64,000 nt of DNA from Alphaproteobacteria bacterium (GTDB lineage Bacteria > Pseudomonadota > Alphaproteobacteria > RF32 > CAG-239). The translations under genes and the position numbers were made by a program. The notes beneath the pieces are model-generated. The model searched no databases. It saw only the letters and a program-made list of their open reading frames with translations, and had not been told where the DNA came from. The first letter of the stretch is position 1. Each line of letters begins with the position of its first letter. Location: NCBI GenBank assembly GCA_017465945.1, contig JAFTVD010000008.1, positions 91,144 through 155,143 of the forward strand, written 5' to 3'. Shown here piece by piece: positions 38,882 through 47,801 of the stretch.

Positions 38882-39475
38882 ATGATGAGATTTGTTATAT
38901 TATCTTTAATTGTTTTTGCTACAACTATAGCAAATGCAACTACTTCTAATCATTCTTCTTATAATGATGTGAGGGTAAAAGCAACTTGCACATGCCCAGA
39001 TGATTATCCATTGATGGATACAAATGGATATTGTTATTCCTGCGATTATACTGAAGTTATTAATTTGGCGAACAGAGACACTTGTGAGAGTATTTGCAAT
39101 GGGAGAAATGGTACAACAAAGCGAGTTTCAGTTATTTTTGGGTGTAAATTAGAAAATTGTCCCAAAGATATGCCATTAGAAAATACATTTGGAGAATGTT
39201 TAAGTTGCCAATACGATGCACCAGTTTCGGATATTAAAAATTGTTCTTTATGTCCAAATAGAGAAGTTCAAGACGGAAAATGTGTGATATCAGATTGTTC
39301 TGACAGACCTCTTTTAAGTTATGATGGTTTTTGTTATCCTTGCTCAACTAAATTAGCAGTAGAGACTTTTCGAGGAGAATGTACAACAGTATGTCCAAAT
39401 AGGCGGGAAAGTGGCTCATGGAGTAATGTGACTGATGGTGGTGTGATTTCAGGGAGTAATTGCGGTTTAAGATAA
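38882..39475 (+). CDS. small secreted cysteine-rich repeat protein
   Basis: The signal peptide is MMRFVILSLIVFATTIANA. Three ~45-aa repeats follow: C(P/S)xDxPLxxxxGxCxxC...C...C(P/N)NR. Confidence 0.65.
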   Translation: MMRFVILSLIVFATTIANATTSNHSSYNDVRVKATCTCPDDYPLMDTNGYCYSCDYTEVINLANRDTCESICNGRNGTTKRVSVIFGCKLENCPKDMPLENTFGECLSCQYDAPVSDIKNCSLCPNREVQDGKCVISDCSDRPLLSYDGFCYPCSTKLAVETFRGECTTVCPNRRESGSWSNVTDGGVISGSNCGLR

Positions 39476-39778
39476 TAATTAGGTTATAGATAATTTTGCG
39501 ATGATAAGTTTATCATCTAAGTAAGAAATATTGAAAACAAAGAAAATTTTCCTAAGATTCGAATATTGTTAGAATGTAACTATTAAATATCATCAATCAT
39601 AAGTTTGGTTAAACATTTATAAAATAGCAAAAGTTGCTATAACTTTATTTATATAGAGAGAGTTTAAATATTAAAACATAAGATTTAAATACAATATGAA
39701 TAAACTAACAAAATACTTGAGCATCATATAAGTATAGGATAACCTAATTTAAATTTTGCAATTATTAAGGATAGAAAT

Positions 39779-40954
39779 ATGAATATTAGACAATGGTTTA
39801 GTAAATTTTTTAATAGTGAAGTTTCTAGCGGAATTTTAATGATTTTGGCAATGTTTACTTCTATCTGTTTAGCAAATAGTCCTTTAAGGGAACCTGTGTT
39901 GCACTTTTGGGAAACACAATTATTTCTAGGTTTAGCTGATATGAAGTTTTCTCGCTCCTTAGAGTGGTGGATTAATGATGTTTTGATGGTATTTTTCTTT
40001 TTACAAATCGGCTTAGAATTAAAAAGGGAAATGAAAGAGGGATTCTTATCAGATGTAAAACAAATCCTTGTCCCAGCATTGGCTGCACTTGGAGGGATTA
40101 TCTGCCCTGCAATAATTTATGCAATTTTTAATAATAATTCTCCACAAAATATGAATGGGTGGGCTATTCCAACAGCAACAGATATCGCTTTTGCAGTTTG
40201 TGTTTTGATGTTGGTAGGCAAAAGTGTTCCTCAGGCAGTAAAAATATTTTTGTTAGCAATAGCGATATTTGATGATTTGGGCGCTATTTTAATTATTGCC
40301 ATATTTTATAATCAAGGTGTTTCTATTAATTTAATAGGTTATGCTAGTTTGACGTGTATGGCTTTGTACTTTTTAAATAGAATGGAAGTAACAAATTTTA
40401 TCCCTTATTTTATCTTAGGAGTTGTCTTATGGTATTGCTTCTTAAACGGAGGTATTCATACAACAATATCAGGAGTTCTTGTTGCTATGGCTTATCCTAT
40501 GAGAGTTCATTTAATAAGAAGTTCTCCTTTAGAAACTTTATCACATAAATTAAAGCCTTGGGTTGATTTTGTGATTTTGCCAGTTTTTGCTTTTGCTTCT
40601 TCAGGATTATATTTAGGGGGTATAACAGCAGAAACATTTACTCATACATTGACGCTAGGTATTATATTTGGCTTATTTTTTGGTAAGCAAATAGGTATAT
40701 TTGTAAGTACATGGTTGCTTATCAAAATTAAAATAGCATCATTTCCTAAAAAGGTTAAGTTACTTGATTTATATGGTGTCTCTGCTATTGCTGGTATAGG
40801 TTTTACAATGGCTTTATTTGTTGGTAAATTATCGTTACCGGAAGATATGCAAGGAGAAGTAAGGCTAGGTATCTTATGTGGTTCATTATTATCAGCATTA
40901 TGGGGTGCGACCATTTTTCACTGGCAAGAGCATATCAAAAAAAGTCGCCATTAA
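39779..40954 (+). CDS. nhaA: Na+/H+ antiporter NhaA
   Basis: Motifs are WINDVLMVFFF, IPTATDIAFAV and IAIFDDLGAI (paired Asp). 391 aa. The hairpin GTCGCC-attaaa-GGCGAC plus a T-run overlaps the stop. Confidence 0.9.
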   Translation: MNIRQWFSKFFNSEVSSGILMILAMFTSICLANSPLREPVLHFWETQLFLGLADMKFSRSLEWWINDVLMVFFFLQIGLELKREMKEGFLSDVKQILVPALAALGGIICPAIIYAIFNNNSPQNMNGWAIPTATDIAFAVCVLMLVGKSVPQAVKIFLLAIAIFDDLGAILIIAIFYNQGVSINLIGYASLTCMALYFLNRMEVTNFIPYFILGVVLWYCFLNGGIHTTISGVLVAMAYPMRVHLIRSSPLETLSHKLKPWVDFVILPVFAFASSGLYLGGITAETFTHTLTLGIIFGLFFGKQIGIFVSTWLLIKIKIASFPKKVKLLDLYGVSAIAGIGFTMALFVGKLSLPEDMQGEVRLGILCGSLLSALWGATIFHWQEHIKKSRH

Positions 40955-40971
40955 AGGCGACTTTTAGGTCT

Positions 40972-41045
40972 TGGCTGCCTGACCTGGATTCGAACCAAGA
41001 TTAACGGAGTCAGAGTCCGCTGTCCTACCATTAGACGATCAGGCA
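40972..41045 (-). tRNA. tRNA-Gln (anticodon CUG), encoded CCA
   Basis: I folded the reverse complement by hand. The acceptor is TGCCTGA/TCAGGCA (U1:A72), the D stem GTCT/GGAC and the anticodon stem GCGGA/TCCGT. The loop is CTCTGAC, the T arm CTTGG-TTCGAAT-CCAGG and the 3' end GCCA. Confidence 0.88.
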
Positions 41046-41175
41046 ACATACAAAAAGATTTCTATTACGAATATATGCAAGTGTCAACAAATTTTATAAA
41101 AAATATATAAAATATTTGCAAAATAAAAAATATAAATTATCTTAAAATCGTAAATCGTTTATTATGGAGAATAGA

Positions 41176-41544
41176 ATGCCTGTAAATATCAGTTCGCCGA
41201 TGTTGAAAATCCTAAAGAGCTTTCTTCTAGGTCAGAAAGATAAAGATATTACTCCAAGTGAGGCAGAAAAAATTCAAAAAGCATCTTATGCGTTAAATAA
41301 TGCAGAAATAAAAAAACGTTTTACTCCGCCATATGCTAATATGCTTGCAGATTTAGAAAGTCCAGATAAGCAAGTATTTGAGGCAAGTCTCTATTATTTG
41401 ACTAAAATCGCAATAAAAAAATCACGATATAGGGAAGATATCGTAAAAAATATGCATGAAAAAGTTCAAAATAAATCTTTAAATCCAGAATATAAAGAGG
41501 CTATAAAGCAACAAATATTAAAAATATCCCAAAAAAACAACTAA
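41176..41544 (+). CDS. hypothetical protein
   Basis: The ATG at 41176 is preceded by GGAGA. The protein is helical and Lys-rich with no recognisable motif. Confidence 0.5.
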   Translation: MPVNISSPMLKILKSFLLGQKDKDITPSEAEKIQKASYALNNAEIKKRFTPPYANMLADLESPDKQVFEASLYYLTKIAIKKSRYREDIVKNMHEKVQNKSLNPEYKEAIKQQILKISQKNN

Positions 41545-41561
41545 TAATCGTGCGTTTGTTC

Positions 41562-41651
41562 TTGACTATAAAATAAATAGTATTATAAATATTTACTGTT
41601 GAGTTATCTCAACGGAGACAGTGAAACTTTAATTATAATAAAGGAGACAAA
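41562..41651 (+). promoter_or_regulatory. csp promoter (TTGACT-16-TATAAA) plus structured 5' leader
   Basis: TTGACT is at 41562-41567 and TATAAA at 41584-41589. The leader contains the perfect hairpin GTTGAG-ttat-CTCAAC (41598-41613). Long structured leaders are typical of cold-shock genes. Confidence 0.45.
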
Positions 41652-41855
41652 ATGACAACAGGAACTGTTAAGTGGTTTAACTCCCGTAAAGGCTATGGCT
41701 TTATTCAACCAGAGAGTGGCGGCAAAGATGTTTTTGTTCATATTACCAAGCTTGAAGAAAAGGGATTAAGAAAGCTGTACGAGGGACAACGTGTAAGTTA
41801 TGAAATTTATGACGATCGCGGACGAACTGCAGCTGGCGCTATTGAAATACTTTAA
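41652..41855 (+). CDS. cspA: cold-shock domain protein (CspA family)
   Basis: 67 aa with [15 protein letters not shown] (RNP1) and VFVHI (RNP2). Confidence 0.92.
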   Translation: MTTGTVKWFNSRKGYGFIQPESGGKDVFVHITKLEEKGLRKLYEGQRVSYEIYDDRGRTAAGAIEIL

Positions 41856-42030
41856 TAGCAAAATGGACTATCGGACTATCTTACGCCGTTTTCTAAAAAT
41901 GAAAGCGGCTTTTTTATTTTTATAATTTAAGATATTTTTGTTTTTTCTATTTACATATCTTAAAAAGATTGCTATTAAACTATCAGTAAAATAAAATTTT
42001 AGTATTCGTAATTATGTTATAGGAAAGTCT

Positions 42031-43800
42031 ATGTTTCAAAAATTAAAAACTAAGTTTTCAAATCTAAATTTTGTGGTTAATTATAAAAAAATGTTGCCTT
42101 ATATAAAGCCTTACTGGGGAAGGGCTTTAACAGCTGTCTTAATAACAATACCAATTGGTTCAATGGATGCCATTATTGCATGGGCATTAAAACCATATAT
42201 GGATGTTGTTATGGTTGAAAAAAATACAGGAGGAACATCGACTTTTTTGATACCTTTGCTTATCATAATATTTAGTTCTCTTCAAAGTGTTTTAACATAT
42301 ACAGCCACATATCTTAACACCTGGGTTGGTCAAAAAATTGCAATGGATGTAAAAAAGACGCTATTTTCTAAATTAATGCGTTACAATGCGTCATTCTTTG
42401 ATAAAAATACTTCAGGAGATATAATTTTTCGCTTTAATAATGATGTAGATTCTGCTTGTAGTGGTTTGTTAAATAATATGAAATTATTTTCAACTCGTTT
42501 ATTCTCATCTTTATCACTTATTGGGGTGCTATTTTACAATTCATGGCAACTAGCTATTGTTGCAACATTAGTGTTAGGTTGTGCGTTATATCCTTTAACA
42601 AAAGTTAGAAAGCGTATAAAAGGCTTGATGGATAAAACAGTATTCTCCGGTTCAAGAGTTATGACACACTTTAATGAAACATATAGTGGTAACAGAATTA
42701 TATCATCATATAATTTGTATGAATATCAAAATAATAGATTTTGTGGCACATTAGATGATGTATTTAAAATTGGTATGAAAATGATACAACGTACAGGTAT
42801 TATATCACCATTAATGCATTTTATTGTATCACTAGGTATAGCAGCAGTTATTTGGCTTGGTTCATATCTTATTGTAACTCATCAAATTACAGCAGGTAGC
42901 TTTGTTTCATTTATAGCAGCCCTTGTAATGCTGTATACTCCAATAAAAAGTATTGGTAATAACTTTAATAGTGTTCAGATGGCGTTTCTTGCTATGGAAC
43001 GTGTATTTAGTGCATTAGAGAGAGTTCCTGATATTAGAAATTGTGATAATCCAAAACAATTATCAACTCCTAAAAAAAGCATTGAATATGAAAATGTGAG
43101 CTTCTCGTATGTTAAAGATAAACAAGTGTTAGATAATGTTAATTTGAAAATCAATATTGGTGAAACAATAGCATTCGTTGGTAATTCTGGCGGTGGAAAA
43201 TCAACTCTTGTTAATTTATTGCCTCGTTTTTATGATGTAACAGGTGGTTGCATAAAAATTGATGGAGAAGATATTAAAAAATTAGATATTGATTCTTTAA
43301 GAGATAATATTGCCATTGTTTTTCAAGATAATTTTCTCTTCTGTGGAACAATTCGTGAAAATATTACTCTTGGCAAAGAAAATGCTACTCAAGAAGAAAT
43401 TGATAATGCTGTAAAAAGTGCTTGCTTGGAAGAATTTATATCAACTCTAGATAAAGGGCTTGATACTGAAATAGGAGAGCGAGGTGTTCTCTTATCAGGA
43501 GGACAAAAACAACGTATAGCGATAGCTCGTGCTTTTATTAAAAATGCTCCTATTGTAATTTTAGATGAAGCAACATCAGCCCTTGATAATAAGTCAGAAG
43601 CAATAGTTCAAAAAGCAATAGAAAATCTTATGGCAGATAGAACTGTGTTTATTATCGCTCATAGATTATCGACTGTTCGTAATGCTGATAAAATTGTTGT
43701 GGTAAACTATGGTAAAATTGCAGAAATAGGAAATCATGAAGAGTTGATAAATAAAAAAGATGGCATATATGCCTCATTATATCATACTCAACTTCATTAA
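42031..43800 (+). CDS. ABC transporter permease/ATPase fusion, MsbA-like exporter
   Basis: A 6-TM N-terminal domain is joined to an NBD with GNSGGGKSTLVNLL, LSGGQKQRIAIARA and ILDEATSALD. Confidence 0.85.
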   Translation: MFQKLKTKFSNLNFVVNYKKMLPYIKPYWGRALTAVLITIPIGSMDAIIAWALKPYMDVVMVEKNTGGTSTFLIPLLIIIFSSLQSVLTYTATYLNTWVGQKIAMDVKKTLFSKLMRYNASFFDKNTSGDIIFRFNNDVDSACSGLLNNMKLFSTRLFSSLSLIGVLFYNSWQLAIVATLVLGCALYPLTKVRKRIKGLMDKTVFSGSRVMTHFNETYSGNRIISSYNLYEYQNNRFCGTLDDVFKIGMKMIQRTGIISPLMHFIVSLGIAAVIWLGSYLIVTHQITAGSFVSFIAALVMLYTPIKSIGNNFNSVQMAFLAMERVFSALERVPDIRNCDNPKQLSTPKKSIEYENVSFSYVKDKQVLDNVNLKINIGETIAFVGNSGGGKSTLVNLLPRFYDVTGGCIKIDGEDIKKLDIDSLRDNIAIVFQDNFLFCGTIRENITLGKENATQEEIDNAVKSACLEEFISTLDKGLDTEIGERGVLLSGGQKQRIAIARAFIKNAPIVILDEATSALDNKSEAIVQKAIENLMADRTVFIIAHRLSTVRNADKIVVVNYGKIAEIGNHEELINKKDGIYASLYHTQLH

Positions 43801-43817
43801 TATTAAGGAGAAAATAT

Positions 43818-44159
43818 ATGCCATATTTGACAGTTTATACTAATGTAGACTTTGGTAATTCAAAAGAATTAGTAGAAGATAGCGCAAAACTTATATCGTC
43901 AACACTATCAAAGCCAATAAATTATGTTGTAACAAATTTTATTTACAATCCAAATATGTCATTTGGTGGTAGTGTTTCTGAAAAGGGAGCTTTGGTTGAA
44001 CTTTTATCTATTGGATTAGGCGATAAAGATAGATTAGTTGCAGATATAACGTCTTTTTTAGCTAAAAATTTAGATATAAAAAATACACAAAATATAAATA
44101 TATCATTAAACAATGCTCCGGCTTCACAAGTAGCGTCAGGTGGATACACATTTGGTTAA
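43818..44159 (+). CDS. MIF / D-dopachrome tautomerase family protein (tautomerase superfamily, Pro-1)
   Basis: 113 aa. MPYLTVYTNV..., ...MSFGGSVSEKGALVELLSIGLG... and ...VASGGYTFG are collinear with the vertebrate MIF segments MPMFIVNTNV / [22 protein letters not shown] / VGWNNSTFA. Confidence 0.7.
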   Translation: MPYLTVYTNVDFGNSKELVEDSAKLISSTLSKPINYVVTNFIYNPNMSFGGSVSEKGALVELLSIGLGDKDRLVADITSFLAKNLDIKNTQNINISLNNAPASQVASGGYTFG

Positions 44160-44161
44160 AG

Positions 44162-44188
44162 AAAAAGCCCCAATAAATGGGGCTTTTT
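44162..44188. terminator. bidirectional intrinsic terminator
   Basis: The sequence is AAAAA-GCCCC-aataaat-GGGGC-TTTTT. It lies between the convergent MIF-like gene and der. Confidence 0.75.
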
Positions 44189-45562
44189 CTATTCTGCATA
44201 TGGGTTATCAGCTTTTCTAACATTAATCCTAATAGGAATACCTCTTAAATTGAAAGTATCTCTAAGTTGATTTGTTAAATATCTAAGATATGAATCAGGC
44301 AACCCCTCTGGATTACTTGAAAATATATAAAATGAAGGTGGACGTGTTTTGGCTTGAGTGATATATTTAAGCTTAATACGTCTTTTATTTTTACCTAAAG
44401 GTGCGGGGTTTTGATCTTGTACGTCTCTAAACCACTTATTAAGAGGGGCAGTTGGAATTCTAACGTTCCATCTTTCATATACCTTAATCACTGCACTTAA
44501 TAATTTATCTAATCCTTTTTTCTTTAATGCGGAAATTGTAACAGTAGGTACTCCTTCTGCTTGAGTAAGAGAAGTTGCAAGTTTGTCATTTAGTTTCTGT
44601 AAAGTTTCTTGTTTGTCGGCAATATCCCACTTATTAACCGCAATAACAAGAGCTCTTCCTTCATCCAATACTTTTCTTGCAATAGTTAAATCTTGTTTAT
44701 CAAGTACTGCATCAGCATCTAAAACTAATATAACAACTTGGGCCATATTGGTGGCGTATAAAGTGCTCTCAACAGACATCTTTTCAATAGCACCCGTTAT
44801 TTTAGCTTGTTTTCTAAGTCCCGCAGTATCAACTAAATTTATTTTCCAATCTTTCCACTCTAAACGTGAAGTTATAGCATCTCTTGTTAGCCCAGCCTCT
44901 GGTCCTGTTAACATTCTTTCATCATTAAGAAGAGCATTAACAAGAGTGGATTTACCAACATTAGGTCTTCCAACAATCGCAACTTGTATTGGTTTTTTCT
45001 TTAATGTTTCAATATCTGTTTCTTCTTCGTTATTTATTGTATCTAAATTATCTTCAAGTGTTGATTTTTGTTCGCTTATTTCTTTTAGCGACATATACAA
45101 TTCATCAAAACCAATGCTGTGTTCTGCGGAAAATATGATAGGACTACCAAGACCAAGTTTGAATGCTTCAAAAATACCATGTTCTTGTGCTCTTCCTTCG
45201 CACTTATTTGCAAGTAGAATAACCGGTTTTTTACTTTTTCTAACTAAATCTGCAAAATGCTCATCGTAAGCCTGTATGCCACTTCTTGCATCAAATAAAA
45301 ACAAAACAGCATCAGATTCATCAATGGCTCTCTTGGTTTGTAGCCACATACGTTGTTCCATTTTACCAGCAGTTGCTTCTTCATAACCAGCTGTATCTAC
45401 AATAACGAGATCCAAATCTTTTAATTTAGCTGTTCCTTCTTTTCTATCTCTCGTTACACCTGGTAAATCATGAACTAAAGCTAGTTTTTTACCAACTAAG
45501 CGGTTAAATAATGTCGATTTACCAACATTAGGTCTGCCAACTATCGCAATTTTTAAAGCCAT
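44189..45562 (-). CDS. der: ribosome-associated GTPase Der (EngA)
   Basis: Two tandem G domains (GRPNVGKSTLFN and GRPNVGKSTLVN) are followed by a KH-like C-terminus. Confidence 0.92.
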   Translation of the reverse strand: MALKIAIVGRPNVGKSTLFNRLVGKKLALVHDLPGVTRDRKEGTAKLKDLDLVIVDTAGYEEATAGKMEQRMWLQTKRAIDESDAVLFLFDARSGIQAYDEHFADLVRKSKKPVILLANKCEGRAQEHGIFEAFKLGLGSPIIFSAEHSIGFDELYMSLKEISEQKSTLEDNLDTINNEEETDIETLKKKPIQVAIVGRPNVGKSTLVNALLNDERMLTGPEAGLTRDAITSRLEWKDWKINLVDTAGLRKQAKITGAIEKMSVESTLYATNMAQVVILVLDADAVLDKQDLTIARKVLDEGRALVIAVNKWDIADKQETLQKLNDKLATSLTQAEGVPTVTISALKKKGLDKLLSAVIKVYERWNVRIPTAPLNKWFRDVQDQNPAPLGKNKRRIKLKYITQAKTRPPSFYIFSSNPEGLPDSYLRYLTNQLRDTFNLRGIPIRINVRKADNPYAE

Positions 45563-45667
45563 TACAAATCCTCTATAGATTAAACAAAATAAAATCTAGA
45601 GAAAACTTATAACATATCCATATAAAATTTTCAAGTCTTAAAATTTGTCTAATATTTGAAGCAAATT

Positions 45668-46984
45668 TTATTCAAATACTATTATATCTGCATTATCAGA
45701 AATTGCAATTACGCGCCCATTAACAACAACTAATCCATTGCTAATATCTACACCTAAATTTGTTTTAGCCATAAGTTGACCATCTTTAGCATTAATCTTA
45801 AATACCAAACCATTAGAAAAAGCTAAAAATAAATTATTGTTTATCATTACTGGTTGAGAAGCATACACTTCACCTTTTATATCTTCATCAGTAATATATG
45901 GTTTTATATCTAAATCCCAAGCAATATCACCGCTATTCTTATCTATAGCATATAAAACATTTTTATTTGAGATAACAAACAAATATTCTCCAACAAGTAA
46001 CATGTTTTGCATTGAACCTATTTCGTTATTCCATAAAACATCACCCGTTCTAATATCTAAAGCCGTTAATGTGTTGCTATTACTTATTGCAAAAATGCTA
46101 CCATCTTGAATAATTGGGAACGAGCCTATGGTGTTAATTTCTGTAGAATAGTTAACTTGTCTATTTGATACAAGCATATGAGACCATAAAGGTGTGCCAA
46201 CTGTCGCATTCAATACAACTATCTCGCCGTTAGAGAAACCTGCAACAACAATATTGTCTTCTGCATCATACGCAGGACTAGCACCTCCTGCAATCACAGT
46301 GTCTTCAAAAGCGACACCAAATCTCCATAGTTCATTACCTGTCATCTTATCTAAAGCATAAAGTTTATTGTCAACAGTTTGAACGAGTAACATATTAGGA
46401 GTAATTGTCGGAGATATACGAATAGGAGCTTCTAAAACTTTACGCCATTTAGGAGCACCTGTTATTGCATCCATCGCATATACACCACCAAAACCAGTTG
46501 TTGCAAATAGTAAATTATTATCAATAGCTAGGCCAGAAGCTCTACTTTTGGTTTCTTTAAAGTTTTTAGAAGCTACTGATAAATTATTTTCCCATAAGCG
46601 AGTTCCATTTTTAAAATTAAACGCACTTACAAGTCCATTTGCATCCATCACAAAAATTCTATTATTTAATACAACAGGGGCAGCTAAAGATATATTTCTT
46701 TTATTTATACCTTTTCCAAAATTTTCTATCCAAATTTCTTTTAATGTAGCACCAGCTTTTAGGTTGCTTGCAATGTGATTAGAGTTGCCTCCATTTTGAC
46801 TCCATGAGTTATTTAAAACAGGATAAGGAAGTGAAGATATAGATTTTTTGCTAACATCTAGTTGACCACTATTGTTATCTAATACAGATAATCTTTCGCC
46901 TACTGGGAGTTTTTTATCTTGAGCACAAGACCATAAAGCCAAACACAAAACAAGTAAAGCAAGTCCTCTACTAAATCTAATCAT
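45668..46984 (-). CDS. bamB: outer-membrane protein assembly factor BamB (PQQ-like beta-propeller lipoprotein)
   Basis: The lipobox is LALWSC. WD/PQQ-like blades repeat through the protein. The yfgM-bamB-der order is conserved. Confidence 0.8.
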   Translation of the reverse strand: MIRFSRGLALLVLCLALWSCAQDKKLPVGERLSVLDNNSGQLDVSKKSISSLPYPVLNNSWSQNGGNSNHIASNLKAGATLKEIWIENFGKGINKRNISLAAPVVLNNRIFVMDANGLVSAFNFKNGTRLWENNLSVASKNFKETKSRASGLAIDNNLLFATTGFGGVYAMDAITGAPKWRKVLEAPIRISPTITPNMLLVQTVDNKLYALDKMTGNELWRFGVAFEDTVIAGGASPAYDAEDNIVVAGFSNGEIVVLNATVGTPLWSHMLVSNRQVNYSTEINTIGSFPIIQDGSIFAISNSNTLTALDIRTGDVLWNNEIGSMQNMLLVGEYLFVISNKNVLYAIDKNSGDIAWDLDIKPYITDEDIKGEVYASQPVMINNNLFLAFSNGLVFKINAKDGQLMAKTNLGVDISNGLVVVNGRVIAISDNADIIVFE

Positions 46985-47015
46985 AGTAAAACTCCTTAAA
47001 TAATATAACTAAAAT

Positions 47016-47726
47016 CTATTGAGCTTCATTAATGGAAGCTAACATATCATTAACTCTAGATTTAAAATCATCAGAAATATTGCTAGCAAGTAATTCATTG
47101 TACAATTTTTTAGCTAATGCAAAATCTTTATTGTAAATAGCAGACATAGCTAAAAGTTCTTTAGCCATTGGAGCCCATGAGCCATTTGCTGAAATAATAG
47201 GTGTCAACATAGTATTAATATCTTCAAAGCTAGATGAATCAATTTTGTAAGTAGCCAATTTAATTGTAGCAATTTCTTTTACTTTTTGAGAAACATTAGC
47301 GTCATTGCAAATTTTGTTTAAAACTTCAATACCTTTTTCTTTTTGATTATTATCAAGCAAAATATTTGCAATCTGTAATTGAGCAATATCTTTATATAGT
47401 CCTGTCTCAGTATGAACAATATTTTCTAATTCTACAATGTTGTTTTCATAATTAGCGTTAGGAGTAATTGCTTGTGTATATTGAATGTTTCTTTTTTCAG
47501 CCTTATTGATACGCCATTGTTCGATTTTTTCATAACCAACAGTTATAGCTAGCGCCAAAACTATAACAGATAATATAGCTCCGCCATATTTATTCATAAG
47601 TTGTTTAAACTTTTCATTTCTAAGTTCTTCATCAACTTCTTCAAAAATAGCGGTATCTTCATCTAAATTAAAATATTGACGTCCATTATTACTAGATTTA
47701 GCGGTTTTATTAGTGTTTTTAGCCAT
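47016..47726 (-). CDS. YfgM-like TPR membrane protein (ancillary SecYEG translocon subunit-like)
   Basis: A single N-terminal TM (GGAILSVIVLALAITVGY) is followed by a helical TPR-like domain. It sits upstream of bamB-der. Confidence 0.65.
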   Translation of the reverse strand: MAKNTNKTAKSSNNGRQYFNLDEDTAIFEEVDEELRNEKFKQLMNKYGGAILSVIVLALAITVGYEKIEQWRINKAEKRNIQYTQAITPNANYENNIVELENIVHTETGLYKDIAQLQIANILLDNNQKEKGIEVLNKICNDANVSQKVKEIATIKLATYKIDSSSFEDINTMLTPIISANGSWAPMAKELLAMSAIYNKDFALAKKLYNELLASNISDDFKSRVNDMLASINEAQ

Positions 47727-47801
47727 AACTCAATCCTTCCTAAAACAAAATTTTATCAAATTATATACACACAACATTTGTAGTGCAATGAAAAAATCAT
47801 A

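Noticed and set aside
32284-41045. Calling the tRNA-bounded block a mobile element or integrative island
   Set aside because: No integrase, transposase, conjugation or phage genes are visible, and no direct repeat of a tRNA 3' end. It is reported only as a compositional and organisational observation.
41046-41110. Possible promoter for tRNA-Gln (minus-strand TTGACA about 40 nt upstream of the tRNA 5' end)
   Set aside because: A TTGACA box exists, but no acceptable -10 hexamer lies at 16-18 nt spacing. That is too weak to report as a feature.
44583-45269. 228-aa ORF antisense to der
   Set aside because: It lies entirely inside the well-supported der CDS on the opposite strand. The composition is Ser/Leu-rich and low-complexity, typical of antisense frames. 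There is no RBS.
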